Source: Mobula hypostoma (Eukaryota). Taken from it: a stretch of 64,000 bases of DNA. The notes beneath the pieces are model-generated. The model saw nothing but the letters and a program-made list of their open reading frames with translations, ran no database searches and was not told where the DNA came from. A program made the position numbers and the translations under genes. Each line of letters opens with the position of its first letter. Within the stretch, counting starts at the first letter, position 1. Shown here in pieces: positions 37,033 to 50,229 of the stretch. Where the stretch lies: assembly GCF_963921235.1 (NCBI RefSeq), contig NC_086124.1, forward strand, positions 16,182,001 to 16,246,000, read 5' to 3'.

Positions 37033-37559
37033 ATGTGAGCTCCTGAAAGGTTCCATGAAGGGCGCCAAGAAAGCCGAGTTCAAACCGGGGAGAGGTCTGG
37101 TGGCGGGGAGTATACCCCTCAACAATGGTGTGGGAAGGTGAAACAACGGAGTGCCATGTGGGTGGCTAAAAGTGTGCACCGTAATGGGAACATCTGTAAA
37201 TGATTGACAGTCATTGAATGATTTATTGTACATAATTTTATTTTTGAATAAAGTATATTTTGTTAAAAAAACGTGAGAGGGCGAGGAAGGAGACTTACTC
37301 TCCATTTATGTTTATCAGGTGATGAAGTAGGGTCACCGTCACATCGTCCAAGGCCATGAGTATCATGAATTCGTTCGTGAACGACATTTTTGAGCGCATC
37401 GCTGGCGAGGCTTCCCGTTTGGCTCATTATAACAAGCGATCGACCCTCGCCTCTCGGGAGATCCAGACCGCAGTGCACCTTCTGCTGCCCAGGGAGTTGG
37501 CCAAGCACGCCGAGTCGGAAGGGAGAAAAGCGGTGACCAAGTACAGCAGCTCTAAGTGA
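37033..37559 (+). pseudogene. H2B: Histone H2B pseudogene disrupted by an insertion of about 185 bp, frameshifts and a stop
   Basis: KGAKKA...KP, then insert, then KRERARKETYS; TAG at 37328; [19 protein letters not shown]...VTKYSSSK; stem-loop GGCTTTTTTAAGAGCC at 37591-37606. Confidence 0.92.
37088..37271 (+). mobile_element. Poly(A)-tailed retroposed 3' end (L1/Tx1-like) inside H2B
   Basis: AATAAA at 37247-37252 followed by an A7 tail; interrupts the H2B N-terminal tail coding region. Confidence 0.6.
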
Positions 37560-38110
37560 GGGGGCAGAGTGCTGATATGATAATGCCAACGGCTTTTTTA
37601 AGAGCCACTCACAGTTTCCGCGGAAGAGTTGTACTAATGATTCGATTTTGGATCGCTACAAGCATCTCTTTGGAGCTTTTTACTCTTTAAGGTAATATTG
37701 TTTCTATAAATTTTCGATTGATCCGTGCAATCCCGTTGTTCCCCACCCCCCCCCACTTCCGGCTCACTGCTCTGACACTTATGTCAGTTTGTCGCGATTC
37801 TCACATACAAAGTTTTACATATAGAGTGAATTGAGGTGAAGCTGTTAGTTGTTGCTGTGAAAGCGATGTATTAACTGTAGTAGCCCTGTGTTGTAAAGGG
37901 CAGGAATCGTATTTCAACTCGCGATCACTCAGTGTCCTTTTACAGAACCACTAACACCACAGTCTCTGCTCCGATTGCAGTTTGTAAGTGGTGACCTGTC
38001 TACAATCTGATGGGTTGTACAGCTTTTATTTCAATCGATTACCAGTGGAAATGGGAAGTGAAGATTAAACTCAAATAATTTTGCATGATGAATTCTCACA
38101 CGGTCTTTAT

Positions 38111-39665
38111 TGTAAGTGAGTGGGGACCCTGTTACGGTGAAGTCCTGTCCACATATTGTCAGTACCTCCAGTTGAACTCTGTCTTTTTGTGTGTTCTCAA
38201 TAGTAGTCAGTCTGTGGTTTTGTATTGCCAGGTGGTCCTGTCCCTGCTCCTGCTCTACTCTGGTCCCTATATTACTGAGTACTCTGTCTCTCATCTGCTT
38301 CTCATTATTACCTGTATTGCTGCCACCTGTGTCTCATTATGTTCCACTTATCTTCTGCCTCTCTGTCTATTCCTCAGTGTATTTCAGTCCTGTGTTTTCA
38401 CCTATTTGTTGCCAGATCGTGCCAGTGAATTTTCCTGAGCTTTTCCAGCTTTCGTATCTGTACTCTGTCCATCTGAATATCGACTCTGCCTGTTTCCCGA
38501 TTCTGTTATTTGGATTTTTCTGGATGTTTTGATCTCTGCCTGAACTTTAATGCCAACTTTGTTGCCCCTCTGGATTTGCTACTCAGTAACTATCACAGTG
38601 CGCACAGTACTTGGTCTGCAATTAGGTCCCTGCTTCAGCGTCCTGACAGTGCAATCTGGCCAGAATGGATCCATCAGACCCCAGTCACTTGGAACTATCC
38701 TGGAACAAAAGGAGTTTATGCTGGTGAGACTCCAGAACCAGCTGGAGTCTGCATTCAGGGCAGTGGAGTCGCTTTCTGCCAATGTAGCCAATCTTGTGGC
38801 CCAGACTCAGTCACTCCAGCTGTCCCAGAGCACCCATCAACATTCTGTGACTGCATCTTCCACCCTGCCCTCCGCGTCCTCACATGCTCCTCCCGTCCAA
38901 GAGCCCCATCTGCCTCCTCTAGAAAAGTACTCAGGTGAGCCCGGTACCTGCTGCTCTTTTCTTTCCCAGTGCACCCTCACTTCTGAATTACAAAAAACAT
39001 TTCTGACTGATCGAGCCAGGGTAGTCTACATCATCACCCAACTGTCCGGTCAGGTGAGGGAATGGGGAACAGCCATCTGGGAGGCAGGCTCCCCTTTCTG
39101 CAGTAGTTCTCAGTTATTTTCTGACGAGATGAGAAATGTGTTTGATTGCTCCAAACATCGGAGAGAGGCTGCCCGTGAAATGCTGCACATGCACCAGGGG
39201 CACAGATCTGAGTCAGATTATGCCATAGAGTTCTGGACACTAGCTACCTCCAGCGGCTGGAACTTGGAGGCACAGTCCGACACCTTCCTGAACGGCCTCT
39301 CCAAAGACATCAAAGATAAGCTGGTCACCCAGGACCTACCTGCCACTTTTGAAGCCCTGGTGGATTTGGCCATCCCTATTGATGTTCACCTTCGGCAATG
39401 CCACAGAGGGAAGGGTTCCAGAGGGCCGCTGGGGCACTAGGTGAATTTTCCTGAGCCTTTCCAGCATTCGTGTCTGTACTCTGTCCATCTGAATATCGAC
39501 TCTTCCTGCTTCCCATTTCTGGTTTTTGGATTTCTCTGGATGTTTTGATCTCTGCCTGAACTTTGATGCCAACTTTGTTGCCCCCTCTGAATTTGCTACC
39601 CAGTAAGTATCAGAGTGCACACAGTACTTGCTCTGAAATTGGGTCCCTGCTTCAGCGTCCTGACA
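38111..39665 (+). mobile_element. Internally deleted Sushi-like Ty3/Gypsy LTR retrotransposon
   Basis: 5' LTR TGT...GACA (about 38111-38648); partial 3' LTR 39442-39665 repeats 38426-38648; candidate TSD TTTAT/TATAT; gag lies between them. Confidence 0.88.
38665..39440 (+). pseudogene. Retrotransposon gag (PEG10/RTL/LDOC1-like capsid), N-terminal frameshift and C-terminal truncation
   Basis: MDPSDP start in another frame; PPLEKYSGEPGTCCSFLSQC, QGHRSESDYAIEFWTLATSSGWN (MHR-like), FLNGL. Confidence 0.85.
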
Positions 39666-40077
39666 TATATATTTATTTTTGGACAAATAGAAGAAAATTA
39701 TAATCTTGGCAGGCTTTTTGGGGACTGAGGTTAGCATGGAGAATTTCCTTTTTGTCACCCGTTCATTAGTGAATCGGTCCACTTGCTACTGCTCAAAGTA
39801 GTACGGGCGAGCCCAAGATAACTTCCTCATTTGCTGTAAAATATCTGATATGGAGGAATGAAGGCATTCAGGGTGACTTCGAGCTGAGTTTTCACAATGT
39901 GCGCAGATAAAAGTTAATAGTTTATTTCAGGAAAGTGTCAAGACCTGGCTGGTTTGGCTTCTCTGCTCCAGGTACACTGACACACACTCCACAAGTCACC
40001 CCAGCTCAGCCCCTCCACAGACACTGTGAGGGGCTCTGAAAAGAACCTTTGTGTCATTGGTTGATTATCTTGCAGAT

Positions 40078-40474
40078 TCATTTAGCCTTTGGGTTGGTGG
40101 GTCCGTCGATTTTCTTGGGCAACAAAATGGCCTGGATATTGGGCAGCACACTGCCCTGAGTGACAGTCACTCCTCCCAGCAGCTTGTTGAGCTCTTCATC
40201 ATTGTGGACCGCCAGCTGCAGATGCCTGGGGATGATGCAGGTCTTTTTGTTGTCCCAGGCCACGTTGCCGGCCAGCTGGAGGATTTCAGTTGTCAGATAC
40301 TCGAGCACAGCAGCCAGATAGACCAGGGCTCCGGCACCCATCCGCTCAGCATAGTTACTCTTTCTCAGGAGCCTGTGAACATGGCCCACCCACTGGGAAC
40401 TGCAGACCTGCCCGGGACGAATGAGACTTAGGCTTACTCTTAGCCTTACCACCAGTTTTACCTCGTCCACTCAT
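40078..40474 (-). pseudogene. H2A: Histone H2A pseudogene
   Basis: [10 protein letters not shown]...LQFPVG then a 4-bp duplication (GTGGGTGGG) causing a frameshift; stem-loop GGTTCTTTTCAGAGCC at 40032-40047. Confidence 0.93.
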
Positions 40475-42249
40475 TCTTAGAAAGTCCTTCATAGAAAACG
40501 AGGAAATCTTCCACTTTCACCCTTTTTTTAGATTCTGGGGCAATTAGGAAGGATACTTATGGTTGGTGGTGCAACGCTTTCTCAGATTGGTTATGTGGAA
40601 TAACCCAATCAGTGAGCTGTCCGATTCTCCAATGATCAGTGGCAGCAAGAGAAGCACGGAAAATAAATGTCAGTCACCAAAAACTCTGAAATTTGAAAAG
40701 CCTGCCAAAAAATAGTCTTAAAATATAAATCAGTTACAAATCTCTGTATGAATACGGATTCCCTGTGTGACCAGTCTGCTTCTATCTGTACAGAATGTAA
40801 ATTAATTGTGCCATGACTGACTTTCAGAATTGGTGGTTCTTTATGAAAATGCATCAGCTTATGGAGGGGTCACTCTTCTCAAACTGGCCAGAGCCACAGA
40901 AACAGCGAGGTGAATGAATTTCAGCCTTGCCTGGAAGTGCTCATTCAGTCCCTGAGTGGTGGAGAGGGAAGAGGTGTAGCAGCTCCTGTGAGTGCAGGAG
41001 AAAGTGCCTGGGGCCAGGGTGAGATAGTTTGGTAGGATGAATGGACCAGAGAGTCACAGAGCGATTGGTCTCAGCAGAAAGTAGAAATGGATGGGGATCA
41101 GAAGATGTGGCTGGTGGTGGGATCTCACTGCAGCTGAAACGTCGACAATTCCTCAGCCCCCACAGAAACTGCTCAACCCACTCTGTTCCTCCAGCAGATT
41201 ATTCACTGCTCCAGATCCCAGCATTGGCAGTGTCTGCCATCTCCAATTTCCTTTCTCAGGCTGTTACCAGAAAACTTAATAAGCAAGGCCCAATAGATGT
41301 GATATACTTAGGCTTTCCATTGAGTTTCTGTAACAGAGTCAAAGACCATGGAAATAGGCCCTTGAACCAACTTGACCATTCTGTGTTGCCAGCAAGCTAG
41401 TCCCACCTGTCAATTTGGCCCACAGCCTCTAAACCTTTCCTTTCCATCTACTTATCAAGATGTTTTTAAATGTCGTCCATGTGCCTGCCTCAACTACTAT
41501 TTCTGGCAGCCATTCCAAACACACAGCAGCCTTTTCATGAAGAAACTGCTACCTCAGAGGTCCCTTTTGTATCTCTCAACTCATCTGAAGCTATTAATCT
41601 CTTGTTAATTTGCTCACGTTCCCTGGAAAATAGACTATGCACTTTTCCCTGTGTATGCCCCAGATGATCTTTTATCAGTTCACCCCTAAGTTCCAGAGAA
41701 TAAGTAAACACAACCCCTCACTGTAGATGATGCATGAGAGAGTGCAAGAACAATCAAGAGAGGGTGAAACTTTTCATACCACTGGTGTCGCCACCGGAAA
41801 GATGGAGCAGCTTTAGAAAGGGAAAAGGGAGATTTGACTGAAATGGGCCCAGTCGTGAAAGACTTCAGTTTTGTTGTGTGCTCCAGAAGCTGGAGCTGTT
41901 CTCTTTCGAACAGAGGACACCATGTCAAGATCTAATTGAGGTGACAGTGAATTAGAGCTGTCCCCAGGCATGAACAGTTTAGGAAGTAGGGGTTACTGAA
42001 GAAACATCACTGGGAAAGGACAGGGAAATGTTGTTAGGGGAAACCTTCCCCAGTGAGTGTTGGGATCTGGAATGAATGGCCAGGGCTGGGAGTGATATTC
42101 AAAACAGAGCTGGATAAGGACCCGAAGGGGAACAGTTTTCAGGGAGTTGGGACAAGCAGAGAGTGAGACTGACTGGAGTGATCTTCAGACAGCCTGTAAA
42201 GACTGAGTGGGATCAAAGTGGCAGCACAGAGAGGTTTGAGAGTGAAGAA

Positions 42250-42980
42250 AATATATGGAACAGTTGCCTTCATCACTGTTGCATAGACAATCAGAGCCGG
42301 GCACTGTGTTGTAAATTTTTAAAATATTGGTGAGGCCACAGCTGGAGCATTGAGTGTGGTTGTGGTCACCACCTGGTTACAAAAAGATGTGCTGGCATTG
42401 GAGAGGGTCCTGAGGAGTTTCACTAGAATTAGATTGGGAATGAAAGGGTTATTGTTTGAGGAACATTTGATGGCTCTGGATGTACTCATTGGAGTTCGGA
42501 AAAATGAGGAGGAATCTTTTTCAACTCTATTAAATATTTTAAGGGCTAGATAGACTCTCTTCTATACATGCTGCCTGGTCTGCTGAATTCCTCCAGCATT
42601 TTGCATGTATTGCTCCAGATAGAGTGGATGTGCAGAGGATGTTCCCTATAATGGGGGGGGGGGGGGAAGGGGTGCCTAGAATCAAAAGCACAGCCTCAGA
42701 ATAGCAGGACACCCATTTAGAGCAATGGTGTGGAGGAATTTATTCAGCCAGTCGGTGTTGAACCTGTGAAAATCATTGCAACAGATGTCCTTGGAGGAAA
42801 GTCATTGGGTATTTTCAAAGCTGAGGTTGATCGGTTTCTGATTGATAAGGGTGTCAAAGGTAGAAGGGATAAGGCAGGAGAAAGGAGTTGAGAAGTATAA
42901 TAAATCAGCCATGATAGAAAGGCAGAGCAGAATTTATGGGCCGAATGGGTTAATTCTACTGATATATCTTGCGGTCTTAG
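42250..42980 (+). mobile_element. CR1 3' fragment with a short Penelope-end insert (about 42555-42618)
   Basis: KDVLALERVLRSFTR motif and CR1-type 3' end. Confidence 0.7.
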
Positions 42981-43541
42981 ACAATCCATTCACTGTACCT
43001 TACACAGACCTATAAAACACAATCACTACCATTCCACACCTGGAAGTATTGATCAGTGTCTACCCTGTGCTGGGAGCTGTTATGTCCTATGTGTAATGTC
43101 TGCATTAAATTCCAACTGCCATTTTTCACCAGATTCCCCTGCAAGCCATGACAGTAGAGGTTATAAAATTATCTTGCTGGAAGTATGAGTGCAGACCTGT
43201 GCCTAGTGATGTACACAATGCTGCAGGGTCCACTACTATTTGTAATCCATACTGTTGCCAGAGGAAGGTATCTTAGTGACTGTCAGTCAAGAAAAGTGAA
43301 TAGGCAGATTGTGTAGCATAGCCATGTAGCTATTCCCCTCACTCTCCCCCACATTGGATACAGTTTCCAAACTGTTGAGAATTGGGGGTGGGGAGGGAAC
43401 CTACCAGGGGAAAGCCACAGCAACCAGGTCTCTGGCAATGTATTTGGCTCTGCAGCTCAGAAGGGAAGGGAGAGAAGAGGAGAGCAGTGGTGATAGGGGA
43501 TTCCATAGTTAGGGGAGCAGGCAGGAGATTCTGTGATCATA

Positions 43542-44167
43542 CATAAGGGGTTCTTCTTTCATGTTACTTACTTAGGCGAATACAATGGCTTCTCTGTAGT
43601 GTTATAATAAAATGGCACCTCTAATATTGACTGCTGATGTAAGGGGTTCTCTGTAGCAGCATGTTTGGGTTATAATTAGTGATAACGGGACATGTATTCA
43701 TTTGCTAACCAATTGGGACAGATGTTATTCTTTCTTGTGTATCTGAAAGCTGTTGTTTGTGCGGGATTTGGTCAAAACATGCCATGAGGATAAAGAGAGA
43801 AGATGCACACGAAGAGATGCTGTGAGTTGGCTAGCGGAGCGGACCCCGAGCGAGGACTTGGGACCCGCAGAGTTCGGAGGAAATTGACTGGTGGGCTAAG
43901 GATATTGCGTGAGCTCCAACGAGTTATTTGTGCAGGAACTGTCTAATTATTATTCTCGGCGCCTTTTTATTTTGGTTCTCTACTAATCCCAAAGTTCAAG
44001 TAAGAGTTATAAAGTGTAATAATTGAATCACATATAGTGTACTGGCTGGTTATTGGGCATTGTGGGGTACATCACACAGCATCTACACAAACTTGATCTC
44101 ACAGTTTGGCAGGGCCGAAGACTGCTCCCCCTAGTCCATTGCGAGCTGAGCAAGCCTGAGGCTTACA
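43542..44167. mobile_element. Probable solo LTR inserted in a CR1 ORF1 fragment (about 43250-44530)
   Basis: Ends (CA)TAAG...CTTACA flanked by 4-bp duplication CATA (43538-43541 and 44168-44171); CR1 ORF1 continues across it. Confidence 0.65.
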
Positions 44168-44544
44168 CATAAAAGGGTCTCTCAGATAGTATGTTGCCTC
44201 CCACAAACCAGGATTAGATGAGTGTTCTGAAAGGGGAGGGTGAGCAGCCAGAAGTTGTGGTACATACTGGTACCAACAACATAGGTGAGAATAGGGAGGA
44301 ATTCCTGAAGAGAGAATATAAGGAGCTAGGTAGGAAATTGAAAATCAGGACTTAAAGAATAGTAATCTCTGGATTAGTGCCTATGTCATGCGTCAGTGAG
44401 GGTAGAGACAGTACAATTTGGCATATGTGTGGCTGAGGTGCCAAAGTGCCAAATTTGCGGATCTCTTCTGGGAAAGGAATGACCCGTACATAAAGGACAG
44501 GTTACAGCTGAATTTGAATGGGACTTTGGGATCGAGGCAAGAAG

Positions 44545-47500
44545 AGCAGTGAGAGAGCTGAATTCTGAAGGACTAGACTGTGCAGGCGCATGACGTAGAG
44601 AGGACAGCGCAGAGAGTTTAAAAAGGAGACAACCTTATGCAGCGGGCAGCAGAGTGAGTGATAGCAGAGTGTAGGGCTTTGGCTCAATGGGCTTAGGTGG
44701 TAACGGGAAGAGGTGTGAGAAAGGCATCAACTCATTTTTTCCCCCTTGGCAAATCAACCCGTACAGACAGAGGAACAGCTGGGCTCACACAGCTAACAGC
44801 ACGAGCTAAAGTTTTAAAAAGTTTATTTGTTGAAGTAAGTGGGTGAGTAGACTTATTTTTCCTGTTTCATTCCTGTAGAATTAGGTGGCATGCCTGCAGG
44901 GTTAGTGCTTTGTTCAGGGTGTCAGATGTGGGAATCCTGGGAGATCTCCAGCCTCCCTGATGGCCTCATCTGCACCAGGTGCATCGAGATGCAGCTCTTC
45001 TGAGACCGTGTGAGGGATCTGGAGCTGCAGCTTGATGACCTACTGCTTATCAGGGAAAGTGAAGAGGTACAGGGAGGTAGTCATCCCTAGGCTACAGGGG
45101 TCAGAAAACTGGGTGACCGTCAGGAAAAGGAAGGAAAATGCCTGGATAGTGGAGAGCACCCCTGTGGCTGCCCCCCTCAGCAACAAGTATCTCATTTTCA
45201 ATGCTGTTGAGGGGGATGACCTGACAGGGGACGGTGATGGTAACCAGGGTCTCTGGCACTGAGCCCGGCGCTGTTGTTCAGGAGGGAAGCAGGGAGAAGA
45301 GGAATGCGGTAGTCATAGGGAATTCCATAGTCAGGGGAACAGACAGGAGTTTCTGTGAGCCTGATAGAGGTACCCACATGGTGTGTTGCCTCTCAGGTGC
45401 CAGGGTACGGGATGTCTTGGATCGGGTCCAGAATATTCTGAAGGGAGAGAGCGAGCAGCCTGTTGTGTTGGTACATGTTGGTACCAATGACATGGATAGG
45501 AAGAGGGAGGAGGTCCTGAAGAGAGATTCCCAGGGAGTTAGGAAGGAAGCTGAGAAGCAAGACCTCCAGGGTAGTAATCTCGGGATTGTGACCTGTGCCA
45601 CATGCTAGCAAGGGCAAGAATAGTAGGATCAGGCAGATGAATATATGGCTGAGAGACTGGTGCAGGGGGCAAGGCTTCAGATTCTTGGGGATCTCTTCTG
45701 GGGGAAGTATGATCAGTTCAAAAAGGACGGGTTACACCAGAACCCAAAGGGGACCAGTATCCTGGCAGGAAGGGTTAATAGAGCTGTTAGGGAGGGTTTA
45801 AACTAATTTGGCAGGGGGATGGGAACCGGAATGTTAGAGTGGAGGAGGGGGAAAACAGAAATCAATCTAAGATGGTGAGCAGTAAAGATGTCAGTAAGGA
45901 CAGGCAGGTGATGGGGCAAATTTGCAGCCATTGGGATGAGTTGCAGGGCAGTAAGTTGCAGTGCCATCAAAGCAAAAAAGTACCAAATACTGGTCTTAAG
46001 GTGTTATACTTAAATGCACGTAGCGTAAGGAATAAGGTGGATGATCTTGTCATAGAGCTACAGATTGGCAGGTATGATATTGTGGCCATCACTGAGATGT
46101 GGCTAAAGGATGCATGTCTCTGGGAACTGAACGTCCAAGGATACCCGGTGTATTGGAAGGATAGGCAGGTAGGCAGAGGGGGTGGTGTGGCTTTATTGGT
46201 AAAAAATGATATCAAATCATTAGAAAGAGGTGACATAGGATTGGAAGGTGCAGAATCTTTATGGGTTGAGCTAAGAAACCATAGGGGTAAAAGGACCCTG
46301 ATGGCAGTTATATATAGGCCTCCTAACAGCTGCAGTGAAGTGGACTACTAATTACAACAGGAAATAGAAAAGGCTTGTCAGAAGAGCAGTATTATGATAA
46401 TTGTGGGGGATTTTAACATGTGAGTGGATTGGGAAAATTAGGTCGGCACTGGATCTCAAGAGAGAGAATTTGTAGAATATCTGCAGGATGGCTTTTTAGA
46501 ACAGCTTGTTGTTGAGCCCAGGAGGGGATTGGCTATACTGGATTGGGTATTGTGTAATGAACCAGAAGTGATTAGAGAGATTGAGGTGAAGGAACCCTGA
46601 AGAGGCAGTGATCATAACATGATTGAGTTCACTGTGAAATTTGAGAAAGAGAAGCTGAAATTGGATGTGTCAGTATTTCAGTGGAGTAAAGGAAATTACA
46701 GTGGCATGAGAGAGGAACTGGCCAAAGTTGACTGGAAAGGGACACTAGCGGGAAGGACGGCAGAGCAGCAGTGGCTGGATTCCAAAAAGTGAGGAAGGTG
46801 CAAGACAGATATATTGCAAAAAAAGAAGAAATTTTCCAATGGAAAAATGATGCAACCGGGGCTGACAAGAGAAGTCAAAGCCAAAGTGAAAGCAAAGCAG
46901 AGGGCATACAAGGAAGCAAAAATTAGTGGAAGACAGAGGATTGGGAAGTTTTTAAAAGCTTACAAAAGGAAACTAAGAAGGTCATGAAGAGGGAAAAGAT
47001 GAGCTATAAAAGGAAGCTAGCAAATAATATCAAAGAGGATACTGAAAGCTTTTTCAAGTATACAAAGAGTAAAAGACAGGTGAGAGTCGACACTGAAGAA
47101 ATGATGCTGGAGAAATTGTAATGAGAAATCAGGGGATGGCAGAGGAACTGAACGAGTATTTTGCATCAGTCTTCACCGAGGAAGACATCAGTAGTACACT
47201 GGACATTCAAGGATGTCAGGGAAGATAAGTGTGCGCAGTCACAATTACGGCCGAGAAAGTACTCAGGTAGCTGAATAGTCCAAGCGTAGATAAATCTCCC
47301 AGACAAGATGGAATGCACCCTTGTGTTCTGAAGGTAGTAGCTGTGGAGATTGTGGAGGTGTCAGTAATAATCTTTCAAAAGTCAATAGGTTCTAGCATGG
47401 TTCTTGAGGACTGGAAAATTGCAAATGTCACTCCACTATTTAAGAAGGGGGCAAGGAAGCAAAAAGGAAATTACAGACCTGTTAGCTTAACATCGGTGTT

Positions 47501-48830
47501 TGGGAAGTTGTTGAAGTCGATTGTCAAGGATGAGGTTACGGAGTACCTGGAGACATATGACAAGATAGGCAGAACTCAGCATAGTATCCTTAAAGGAAAA
47601 TCCTGCCTGACAAACCTATTGCAATTTTTTGAGGAAATTACAAGTAGGCTAGACAAGGGAGAAGCAGTGTATGTTGTATATTGTATTTGGATTTTCAGAA
47701 GGCCTTTGACAAGGTGCCACACATGAGGCTGCTTAACAAGATAAGAGCCCATGGAATTACGGGAAACAGAGAGTTGGAATAAAGGGATCCTATTCTAGTT
47801 GGCTGCCAGTTACCAGTAGTGTTCCAAAGGGGTCCGTGTTGGAGCCACTTCTTTTTACATTGTACATCAACGATTTGGATTATGGAATAGATGTCTTTGT
47901 GGCTAAGTTTGCTGATGATACAAAGATAGGTGGAGGGACCAGTAGTGCTGAGGAAACAGAGAGTCTGCAGAGAGATTTGGATAGATTGGGAGAATGGGCA
48001 AAGAATTGGTAAATGAAATATAATGTTGGAAAGTGTATGGTTAGTACATTGGCAGAAGAAATAAATGGGCAGACTATTATTTAAATGGGGAGAGAATTCA
48101 AAGCTCTGAGATGCAACGGGACTTGGGAGTCCTCGATACCCTTAAGGTTAACCTCCAGGTTGAGTTGGTGGTGAAGAAGGCGAATGCAATGTTGGCATTC
48201 ATTTCTAGATGAATAGAGAATAGGAGCAGGGATATGATGTTGACACTCTGTAAGGCACTGGTAAGACCTCACTTGGAGTACTGTGAGCAGTTTTGGGTTC
48301 CTTATTTAAGAAAGGATGTGCTTACGTTGGAAAGTGTTCAGAGAAAATTCACTAGAATGATTCTGGGAATGAGAGGATTAACATATGAGGAACGTTTTTC
48401 CACTCTTGGACTGTATTCCTTGGAGTTTAGAACAATGAGGGGGGACCTCATAGAAACATTCCGAAAGTTGAAAGGCATGGACAGAGTGGATGTGGCAAAA
48501 TTGTTTCCCATGGCGGGGGAGTCTAGTACGAGAAGGCATGACTTAAGGATTGAAAGGTGCCCATTCAGAACAGTGATGCAAAGACTTTTTTTTTAGCCAG
48601 AGGGTGGTGAATCTATGGAATTTGTTGCCACAGGCGGCAGTGGAGGCCAAGTCATTGGGTGTAGTTAAGGCAGAAATTGATAGGTATCAGAGTAGCCAGG
48701 GCATCAAAGGTTATGGTGAGAAGGCGGGGGAGTAGGACTAAATGGGAGATTGGATCAGCTCATGATAAAATGGTGGAGCAGACTCGATGGGCCAAATGGC
48801 CGACTTCTGCTCCTTTGTTTTATGGACTTA
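44545..48830 (+). mobile_element. Near full-length decayed CR1 LINE (5' UTR, ORF1 zinc finger plus SGNH esterase, ORF2 endonuclease plus RT)
   Basis: VVIGNSIVRG...VHVGTND; VLYLNARSVRNK...AITEMW...YRPP; NYRPVSLTS; RPHLEYC; CR1 3' end. Confidence 0.92.
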
Positions 48831-49074
48831 ATATCCTTTGGGTAGATTTTCTCAAGCTGTTGGGGAATGTTTCAACTAGTTTGGCAAGGGACTGAGAACC
48901 AGTGTGATAGGTCAGAGGATGGAAAAGTTAGTATACAGGCAGATGTAGCTTGTACAGAGATTGTGAATAAGGATAAGTAGCTGAGCGGGCAAAATTGCAG
49001 ACAATAGGAGTGGCTATTTTAATGCAAGAAATATCAGGACAAGGATCAGAGGTTAGTACAAGGGCGTACCAGGC

Positions 49075-50150
49075 CGTGAAACAACCAGTCAATATACTCT
49101 CCACTATACATCTATAGCAGCTTATGACAGTTTTAGATGTCGTGTCAATCTTCGCAAACTTCTAAGAAAGTAAAGCCATTGCCATGCTTTATTTGTGATG
49201 GCACTTGCACGCTAGATTCAGGAATAATGGCAATGATGAATTTAATGTTGCTGACCCTCTCCACCTCTGATACTGAGGACTGGCTCATGAGGCTTCCTCC
49301 TCCTGAATTCAATAATCAACTCCTTGTCTTACTGATATTGAATGAGAGGGTATTGCTGTGGAATCTCTCAGCCAGATTTTCCATCTCCCTCCTATAAGCT
49401 GATTCATCACTACCTTTGATTCAATCAAAAGCAGTGTTCAACAAACTTAAATATGGCATTGGAGCTGGGTGTAGCCTCACTGTCACAAATATGAAGAGAG
49501 TAGAGCAGAGGAATTAAGCACACAGCTTTGTGGTGCACCTGTCATGATGGAGATTGTGGAGGAGATGTTATTGCCAATCAAAACTGACCGGGATCTGCAA
49601 GTGAGGAAATCAAGCAAACAATCACACAAGAAGATATTGAGCCCTGGGTCTTGAAGGATATTGATTAGTTTTGAGGGGATGATAGTAATGAATGTTGATC
49701 TGTAGTCGATGAAAAGCATCCTGGTGTATGTATCTAACTTCGATGTTCAGATATTCCAGGATTGAGTGAAGAGCCAATGAAATGGCATCTGCTATTGGCC
49801 TGTTGTGATGGAAGGCAAATTGGACTAGGTCCAAGCTGCTTCTCAGGGAGAAGTTGCTATGTTTCATGACGAGCTTTTCAAAGCACTCCATCACAGTGGA
49901 TGTAAGTGCTATTGAACAATAGTCATTGAAGCAATGTTCTTGGGTATAATTGAAGACTACTTGAAGAAAGTTGGTACCTCAGAATGCCAAAGCAAGAGGT
50001 CAAAGATATCAGTGAACAGTCCACCCAGTTGATTCAGACAGGTCTTTAGTGGTCTGCCAGGTACCGCTCTGAGATGTCTGCTTTTCATGGATTCACCCTC
50101 TTGAAAGGTGTGTTCACATCACCCTCAGAGACTGAAATCATAGGGTCAAT
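49075..50150 (-). mobile_element. Rex1/Babar RT fragment
   Basis: MECFEKLV, QFAF, MLFIDYRSTFITIIPSKL, TGAPQSCVL. Confidence 0.8.
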
Positions 50151-50229
50151 GAGGGGCTGATTCATAGTATGTCCTGGTTTGACTATCTCAAATGCGTCAT
50201 TTCACACTTGTTGTGTTGAAATTATTTTG

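Noticed and set aside
38550-39440. 296-aa ORF as an intact domesticated gene
   Set aside because: Its ATG lies within the LTR, the native gag start is in another frame, and the C-terminus is truncated.
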